From: an uncultured Planctomycetaceae bacterium
GTDB lineage: Bacteria > Planctomycetota > Planctomycetia > Pirellulales > PALSA-1355
Assembly: GCA_963785305.1 (NCBI GenBank)
Contig: CAWAUV010000007.1
Coordinates: 768,001 to 832,000, forward strand
Direction: 5' to 3'
Length of the DNA: 64,000 nucleotides
Shown: in pieces, positions 56,641-64,000 of the stretch
Numbering within the stretch: position 1 is the first letter of the stretch
How the letters are laid out: the number at the start of each line of letters is the position of its first letter
Position numbers and translations under genes: made by a program
The notes under the pieces: model-generated
What the model was told of the DNA's origin: nothing
What the model saw: the letters and a program-made list of their open reading frames with translations, nothing else
Databases searched by the model: none

Positions 56641-59578
56641 GTGGAATCGATTAAACAATCATTCGTGGCTTCGCTGTTACCTGCCGATTTGTTTCCGTGG
56701 CAGGAGCGTTTTCGAGCGCACTTGCGGGCTGGCGAGTTCGACAAGATCGCCGACTGCCGCATTCCCACCGGGCTCGGCAAAACCGCCGTGATTGCATTGT
56801 GGCTTTCGGCCCTGGCGGAGCGGCCCGAGGTGGTGCCGCGGCGGCTGGTGTATGTGGTCAACCGTCGCACGGTCGTCGATCAGGCCAGTGACGAGGCGCG
56901 GGGCTGCTCGATGCGATTCAGCAAGATGCCCCCCTACGCGAACGTTTGTCATCGCTGTGCCTGGACGGTTGGTCGGACCGCAAGGATGATTGGTCGCCGC
57001 TGGCCGTGAGCACGCTTCGCGGCCAATTGGCCGATAACCAAGAGTGGCGCATCGATCCATCGCGGCCCGCGGTGATTGTCGGCACCGTCGACATGATCGG
57101 CAGCCGGTTGCTGTTCCAAGGCTATGGCTGCGGCTTTCGTTCGCGGCCACTGCACGCCGGGCTGCTCGGCCAAGATGTGCTGCTGGTGCATGACGAGGCT
57201 CACTTGGAACCGGCGTTTCAAGCACTGGTCGAAGGCATTCGAAAGGAACAACTGCGAGCCGGTGACGTGCGACCGCTCAGAATCGTGACGCTGACGGCCA
57301 CGCCGCGGGGCGGCTCTCAGCCGCTCTCGCTCGACGAGGCTGATAGGCGGCATCCGGAAGTTCGCAAGCGCCTTTCGGCCAAAAAACGGCTGGAATTGCA
57401 TGGCGTCGCGGACGTGAAAAAGCATCCGCAAGAGATCGCAAAACTGGCGTTGCGCCATAAGGACTCTGGCGCGGCGGTGCTCGTGTATGTGCGCACAATC
57501 GCCGACGTGCGGCGAGTGGAAGATTTACTTTCCAAAGAACTCAAGGATCGGACGAACGGTCGGATTGCTCAATTGACCGGCGCCATGCGAGGCTGGGAGC
57601 GAGACCGCATGGCGAATGAGAATCCCATCTTTGCCCGATTCAAGCCGGGCGCCGAGCCGAGCCCGGACAACCAGGCAGTTTACCTCATCTGCACTTCGGC
57701 GGGCGAGGTCGGGGTAAATATCTCGGCGCGCCATATGGTATGCGATCTATCGACATTCGAAAGCATGGCGCAGAGGTGCGGTAGAGTGAACCGCTTCGGC
57801 CTAGGGGACGCGGAGATCGATGTGGTTCATCCGTTGGAATTCGCATCTGAAAAAGACGAGTTGGAAGAGCGGCGTCGGCTGACGCTGCTGCTGCTTAAGA
57901 AGCTCGACCACGACGCGAGCCCGGCGGCGTTTGACGCGCTCGCCGCGAACGTCGAGCGCGAGGAAATCGAGAACGCTTTCGCGCCGACTCCGGTCATCAA
58001 GCACGCGACGGACATTCTTTACGACGCATGGGCAATGACCACGATCATGGGCTCGCTGCCTGGGCGCCCGGCGGTGGCGGAATATTTGCATGGCGTCGAG
58101 GACGGAAAGCGAGCGGAAACCCAAGTGGCTTGGCGAGACGAAGTGCAGTTGCTTGGCGAGGAGCAATTGGCCCTCGCGTCGCCCGGCGATTTGCTCGAAG
58201 ACTATCCGCTGAAGCCGCATGAGTTGCTGCGCGACGCTACTGTGCGCGTGGTTGCCGAGTTGGAGCGGATCGTCGAACGGCTGGATGCCGAAGCGCCGGG
58301 TAAGAGCGAAACGCTTCGTGCGTGGGTCGTCGCGCGAGATGGCACGGTGCAATGGTATCCGCTGATGGAACTCGTCGCGCTGGACCGTCGTGGCGAATGG
58401 ATAATCGACCTACGCGACTGCACCGTGATTTTGCCGCCGCGAGCCGGAGGGCTCACGTTCGGGCACTCCGCGGGCTTTTTGAACGGCGGCAAGGCATGGA
58501 CGGCAGATGTTCAATATGACATTTCCGATCAGTGGAGCGACCAGTCGGGGCGCCCCATGCGTTCTCGCGTCCGCCGAAGGGCGGAAGCAATCAGTCCACC
58601 GGCCAAGCTGGGGGCAAGAGGTCGGCTCGTGCGGCAGCTTGTTTTGAGCATGCCGGACGACGAGAAAGGCGCCGAACAGGAAGCCGATGATTCATCGTCG
58701 CCAGTGAATAGCGTGCCGGAGCTTAAGGAGTCGCCCGAATTGCGAGCCTCCGGGATCGAGGCGATTGAAACCGAAGTAGGCGTGAAGGAATCTGAGGGCT
58801 CAAGCGATGACGCGGCAATCGACGTTTCCTCGTCGCGGGAAAACGATACGCTCGACGAAGAAAGCACGACGGATGAACAAGATGCTCCGCAATTGTGGTG
58901 TTGGTTCGTGCGGGTGAATGTGCCCGAGGGAGACGCCTCGAAGCATTCGAGAGAGCCGATCGCGCTTCAGGCCCATCTTGATGATGTAAGCCGCGTGGCC
59001 GCCGATTTGGCTGAAAAGCTGAAGTTGCCGAGCGAAATCAAGCAGGTTTTGGCGGAAGCTGGGCAGTCGCACGACACGGGCAAGAATCGCCGTTTTTGGC
59101 AGCGTTCGATCGGCAATCATGATCTAGACCGAGTTCTGGCGAAGTCAGGGAGCCGCGGCAGGGGGCTGGAGATTGGATTCAGCTATCGCCACGAGTTCGG
59201 ATCGCTGCTGGATTTGCAGCGCGGCACTGGGTCGAACGCGGGGGCGACCTCGGACATCGAAGGATTCCGGGATTTGCTGCTCCATTGCGTCGCCGCCCAT
59301 CACGGCCGGGTGCGCCTCACTTTCCGGCGGACGAGTGCGAAGCGCGAGCCGACGCGGCGATTCAGCAAGCAATCGCCGAGGAAGTTCCGCGGCGTTTCGC
59401 CCGGTTGCAGCGCAAGCATGGCCGCTGGGGGTTAGCTTACTTCGAATCGCTGCTGCGCACGGCCGACTATTGGGCTAGCGCCCGACCAACGGAGGAAAGC
59501 GAAGTTGCTCCCCGAGTGGCGGTCGCCGCAGTGTCGGCCATCGCGACAAAACCGGCTCCAGCGGCTCGCCTTAAAGGC
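56641..59578 (+). CDS. cas3: Type I-G Cas3 (helicase with C-terminal HD nuclease), frameshifted near 56900 and 59310
   Basis: 'FPWQ', 'PTGLGKT', 'RRLVYVVNRRTVVDQ', 'DEAH', 'TAT', 'QRCGRVNRFG', 'HDTGK', 'RHE', 'HHGR', 'GLAYFESLLRTAD'. Confidence 0.95.
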
Positions 59579-60362
59579 GTGAACTCCGACTACCGCATCG
59601 CCGCCGATCCGACGAACCCAGGCCAGTTCTTCGCCTGCTGCGGTTTGCTCGATCTGGCCGATCGACTTTGGCCGAAAGACAACGTGGAAGGGTGGTTCGA
59701 CGACGGAGGGTTTTCTCTCCGTATCCCGGAAGAATTCTCGGTGCTGGTGGAGACGCTGGCGAATGCGGCCATCGAGCAGCTTGATGCGAATGACGATTAC
59801 GGTTCCGCGCTTCGGCTCGGCCCGCCAATCGATCTGACGCTCGACTGGTGGAAGGACGACCGGCCCGAGCTGAGAGGACTTAAGGTTTGGGCCGGCAGCA
59901 TGCGCCGTGCGCATTGCGCGAGCGATGAAGCAGACATTGACTCGTCCCGAACTGCGGAGCGCCGATCTGCTGAACCGCGGGATGGTGGTCTACGACCCTT
60001 TGGAGCCCGATAAGAAAGTCGAACCCTTCTACTTCGACGCGCGGCGCGGCGCGAGCGCTCTACCGCTGGATATCGGCTTCGTGCCGGACGCGTTCAACAT
60101 GACGACAACGGCTTATCCGGCCGTCGAAATACTGTGCCTGATTGGCTTGCAGCGAGGCTGCCCGCGGTCGACGAAGGCGCCCCGCGTCTTCGAGTACCAG
60201 ACATGGTCCGTGCCGAGGGCCGCTTCGCTGATCTCTCCCGCTTTGTGTGGACATTTGCCGGATCGAAGCGCCCAGTGTTACCGGTTCGAAAGCAGCTTCC
60301 GCACGACACAACGTAAACATAAGAGTTTCTTGCCTGCTTTTCCCGTTGGAGAAAAACTATGA
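59579..60362 (+). CDS. cas8g: Cas8g (Cas8u2-type) large subunit, in frame with the Cas3 C-terminus; frameshift near 59905
   Basis: 'DPTNPGQFFACCGLL', 'LDWW', 'LKVWAG', 'YPAVEILCLIGLQR'; lies between cas3 and csb1. Confidence 0.8.
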
Positions 60363-61429
60363 GCGACACGCGTTTCGATCACTGGCTGGATGACCGTGGC
60401 CCGGCGGCGCTTGTGATCCGCGAATACCTGATGCCGGTCGACGGCGACAACGGCGTGATCTTTCCGGCCACGTTCGCGGCGGGCGACACATTCAAGGGCG
60501 GCTACAACATCGATAGCACCGGCGAAAATCTTGGCGAGAATGTCTGCCTGATCGACACCGTCGGCTCGCAAGCCAATCGGATCGAGCCGCTCTTCGCGAA
60601 GGCTGACTATCAGAAGCTCGTGCCGCAGATCATCATTCAAGCTGGCGAAAAGCAGGTGAATTTGTTGGAGGCGGGCCATCGCGCCGGCGACGCCGTTATC
60701 CGTTGCACCGAATTGCAGGCCGACGTGCGAAAGGCGTTCGAGTCGGCTCTGCGCGGCGACGTGGAGCCGCTGGCGAAGATCGCTCCCACGTCGCTCGTGT
60801 TCGGCGTGTGGGATTCGCGCGACACGCAGGCGAAATTGCAGCGGCTCGTGAGTTCGACGATCCGAGCGTTTAATGTGCGAACTCTCACCCGTAGCGCGCA
60901 ATTCAATCCCGCGGTCGATTACATCGGGCAGGGGCTGTTGGAGGCAACCGACGATAAGAAACGTCGCGACGAATATGCTCAGCGAGGATTCGTGCATGTT
61001 CCGGCGTCGGCCGCGCACGGCGGCGTGATCGCCAACGGCGGAATCCGTCGCGATGCGATTCTCGGCCTGGCGGCGCTCCGCTCGCTGAAAGCCGCCACGC
61101 CGGAGCGAACCCGTGATCTACAGCGCTACATCCTCGGCCTGGCGCTGACGGCCTTCACCGCTCGCGCTGAATGCCATCTGCGGCAAGGCTGCATCTTGGT
61201 GCTGGATCCAGAAAAGCCTCGCTCCTTCGACGAGGTGGGCGTCGATGGCCAACGACGCCCGGTAAGTCTCGGCCATGACGACGCCACGGCCTATGCCGCC
61301 GCGGTTGCGGGAGATTTCGGCGTCGGCCCCAATCGCACGGTGAACTTCGACAATAAACGGGCAGTCGCCGACTTGGACGGAACCGGCGAAGGCGCTCCAA
61401 AACGTAAGAAGAAGGCCGCCAAGCAGTAG
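60359..61429 (+). CDS. csb1: Csb1 (Cas7g)
   Basis: 'IFPATFA', 'IDTVGSQANRIE', 'HRAGDA', 'PTSLVFGVWDSR', 'LRQGCIL'. Confidence 0.95.
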   Translation: MSDTRFDHWLDDRGPAALVIREYLMPVDGDNGVIFPATFAAGDTFKGGYNIDSTGENLGENVCLIDTVGSQANRIEPLFAKADYQKLVPQIIIQAGEKQVNLLEAGHRAGDAVIRCTELQADVRKAFESALRGDVEPLAKIAPTSLVFGVWDSRDTQAKLQRLVSSTIRAFNVRTLTRSAQFNPAVDYIGQGLLEATDDKKRRDEYAQRGFVHVPASAAHGGVIANGGIRRDAILGLAALRSLKAATPERTRDLQRYILGLALTAFTARAECHLRQGCILVLDPEKPRSFDEVGVDGQRRPVSLGHDDATAYAAAVAGDFGVGPNRTVNFDNKRAVADLDGTGEGAPKRKKKAAKQ

Positions 61430-61440
61430 GACCCGATCCA

Positions 61441-62972
61441 ATGCCAACTTGTTTCGTAATCACGGTGCGGTTTCTCGCCGAGTCGTTTCACGGGCGCGGT
61501 GAAGACGGCGAACCGGAATGGCCACCTTCGCCGTTGCGCGTTTACCAGGCCCTGGTGTCGGCGGAGGCGCGGCATTTCGGCTCACGTTTTCACGAACTGG
61601 CCGCCAGCCCATTGCGATGGCTTGAGACGCTCCCGCCGCCTTTGGTCGTGGGGCCCCGTGGGTCGGCGGCAGCGCCGTATTGCCTGTCGGTCCCTAACAA
61701 CGCGATGGATATCGTCGCCGCTGCTTGGTCGCGCGGCAATTACACTAATCAAGGCGATGCCAATCCGGCCACGCATCGCACCATGAAGATGGTCAGCCCA
61801 TACCGTGTCGGCTCGGACCCTGTTCATTTCGTTTGGACGTTGCCCGCCGCGGCCGATGACGCCATGCTCGGCTACATCGAGACGTTGCAGTTGCTCGGCC
61901 GCCGCTTGACGGTGCTCGGCTGGGGAATTGATCCGGTTGTGGCGGAAGCTCAGGTGCTCGACGTGGATGCCACCGATGGATTAACAGGCGAGCGCTGGAT
62001 CCCCACATCGGCGGGCGCCGGCGTCACCCGGCGAGCGCCGGTTTCTGGAACTTTCGACGATCTAGAGTCTAGGCACGCGGCTTTTCTCACGCGTGTTCCC
62101 AGTCCAGAGATGTTTGTTCCTCCGCCGCCCTTGCGAGTGTTTCAAGAAGCTCATTACCTTCGCGCCGACGAGGTGGCGCCGCGAGCGGTTGCCGCGTTTC
62201 AGCTCTTGAAGCCCGATGCCTCGGGCCACGCCGCCTTCGACACACCGCGCCGGGCATTGCGCTTGGTCGGTATGCTTCGTCACGCGGTCCAAGTCGCGGC
62301 GCGAGACGGTGGTTGGTCGGAGGAAAAAATTGCCCGGTTTGTCCTCGGGCATGGTGAAGCTCGCGGTGAGCAGCATCGCCCGGTCCGCGCGGGTCGCTTC
62401 GCTTTTTTGCCGCTTCCAAGCATCGAGTATCGGGGGCGCGGTAAGTCCCATGCGGTCGGCGCGGTTCGACGTTTGCTGATCACGTGCTTGGGAAATGAAG
62501 GCGCGGCTGAAGTCGTTTGGGCCCGCCGCGCCCTGGGCGCCAGCGAGCTGGTCGACGAATCGACAGGCGCCGCTCGCGCGCTTTGTCGCTGATCCCGGCG
62601 GGCGACAGGATCGTCAGGCGGTATCTTGAGCCTTCGAGCGAATGGACGAGCGTGACCCCGGTGATCTTGCCCGGCTTCGACGATCGCGACGATCGTAAGA
62701 CGGAGCGATTGCTCCGCAAAGCGCTTTGCCAGAGCGGCATTCCGGCCGCGCTCGCTGATCGGGCCGAGCTCGACTGGGGAGGCGGATTTTTGCCGGGCTT
62801 GACGCTGCCGAAGGATTATGGTGTGCCCAGTCATCTGCAAAACCACGCTCGTTGGCACGTAAAAATTCGCTGGCGCGATGCGCGAGGTCGCCCCGTGCAA
62901 GTGCCCGGCCCGTTAGCTATCGGGGGCGGTCGATTTTTCGGCGTGGGCTTGCTGACGTCCATCGGCGCGTAA
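61441..62972 (+). CDS. csb2: Csb2 (Cas5/Cas6 fusion), frameshift near 62580
   Basis: 'FHG...EWPPSPLRVYQALV', 'LGWG', 'W.SVTPVILPG', terminal 'GPLAIGGGRFFGVGL'. Confidence 0.95.
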
Positions 62973-63273
62973 CATCGGCACTCAACCGGCACTTCGAAAC
63001 TGTCGCTTCTTTTTGCGGCGACACTTGCCGGTGGCTGTGGTGGACCCCGTTTTTCGGACCACCGGGCTAGATGGAAAAACGGGGTCCACTCCATAGGCCG
63101 AAAGAAAACAACTCGAAGCCGCCAAACGCCGCTTGGCCCGCCGTCAAGGCTGTCGCTCCGCCCGGGCTGCTCCGCCCGGCCCGGCTCAAGCCCGCACGCC
63201 ACTCCACCGCTCGACGGCCAACTCTCCCCCGCCCCCAATCGACATGGGGCTTGTGTGCGATTACTCATCAACG

Positions 63274-63309
63274 ATATCCGCGGTCAGCAGACCGCGGCCG
63301 CATTGATGT
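63274..63309 (+). repeat. Solitary degenerate CRISPR repeat
   Basis: ATATCCGCGGTCAGCAGACCGCGGCCGCATTGATGT, 31/36 identical to the array repeat, opposite orientation. Confidence 0.85.
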
Positions 63310-63673
63310 ATCCTTCGCCGCGAAACGGCGGCCGCGCGCCGTCGCTCGTCACGCCCTCGGTTCGTGGCGTAGTTTTGGGCGACGATGCTTGCTGGATTCG
63401 CGGGGGCCACACGCTCCAGAAGTTCAGCACGCGTCCGGGCCTCGCTTTCTTGCAGTCGCCGAATTGCGCCCATTTCGCCTGAATTCCTCGCGTAAATGCC
63501 TGCCGGCAGGACTCCCCTTCTTGAAGGAATGAGCGCCATGAGCACTAATTGGATTTCTATTTCTTGCCGCGAATGGCTTTCAGTATCCGCCAAGGCTATA
63601 TTGCCGGACTTCTCTTCGACATTGCGATTGCAACTTCGCAGACTCAGTTCGCTTGAGCTTTCAAAGGACCCGC

Positions 63674-64000
63674 ATGAGTCGCGTTCATATCGAGCTTCAA
63701 CGCGTGCAAACCTGGCTCTTCGCGGTCCCCCGACTGCGCGCGATGGTCGGCGCCAACGCGCTCCTGGGCGACGTCTTGCGCGTCACGCTGCCGCAGCTTG
63801 CGCGCAAAAGAAACGTGACTGGAAATTGGCGGCGAGCAACGGCGATTACCCCGCCGCCGACACGAGCGATCCACTGAAGGACCACGATGATCCCGCCGCC
63901 GATGCAAAGGACGGCATCCTCGCGCGCGATGGTGGTCACTTCGAGGCACTCTTCGAGAGCGGCGCGGAGGCGTTCGCCCACGAGGCAAGTTGCCGCCTGC
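63674..64000 (+). CDS. cas10: N-terminus of type III Cas10/Cmr2, partial and frameshifted
   Basis: AAAGGA RBS; 'IELQRVQTWLFAVPRLRAMVGANALL' and 'DGGHFEALF' match the Cas10/Cmr2 N-terminal palm pattern. Confidence 0.65.

Noticed and set aside
56641..62972. Calling cas3, cas8g and csb2 pseudogenes
   Set aside because: Single-base shifts are scattered through most genes in the window and motifs are intact, so sequencing error is more likely; polishing is needed.
63310..63345. Sequence after the solitary repeat as a guide against the cas3 upstream region (CTTCGCCG at ~56611)
   Set aside because: Only 8 contiguous nt match and PAM registration needs an indel.

Overview
GC-rich bacterial DNA, most likely a Planctomycete (planctomycete-type 'LESLEARQLM' export motif and conserved hypothetical genes). 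Many single-base frameshifts suggest long-read indel errors. Three blocks are present. (1) 1-11.0 kb: an ICE/prophage-like module (HTH regulator, DUF3150-like protein, ubiquitin-like protein, sliding-clamp-like protein, PD-(D/E)XK nuclease) with antisense cargo genes, including a dynamin-like GTPase. (2) 11.2-41.3 kb: a glycosyltransferase divergent from a ~17 kb giant surface-protein gene (Ig, PKD and acidic Ala-rich stalk regions) ending in a CdiA-CT(EC869)-like DNase tip with an immunity gene. Orphan cassettes follow (GNAT-like tip; HINT plus RNase-like tip; one truncated copy), forming a polymorphic toxin system on a non-RHS, non-FHA carrier. A 185-bp MITE with 5-bp target duplications disrupts both the nuclease and the giant gene. 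(3) 41.3-64 kb: a type I-G CRISPR-Cas locus (about 165 repeats, cas2, cas4-cas1, cas3 apparently fused to cas8g, csb1, csb2) followed by the start of a type III cas10. The strongest hidden signal is a degenerate one-spacer mini-array whose spacer matches a TTC-PAM-flanked site between two divergent sigma70-like promoters, suggesting RNA-guided autoregulation or a CRISPR-repressed toxin. A 36+36+36-bp unit beside the array resembles off-target spacer integration.
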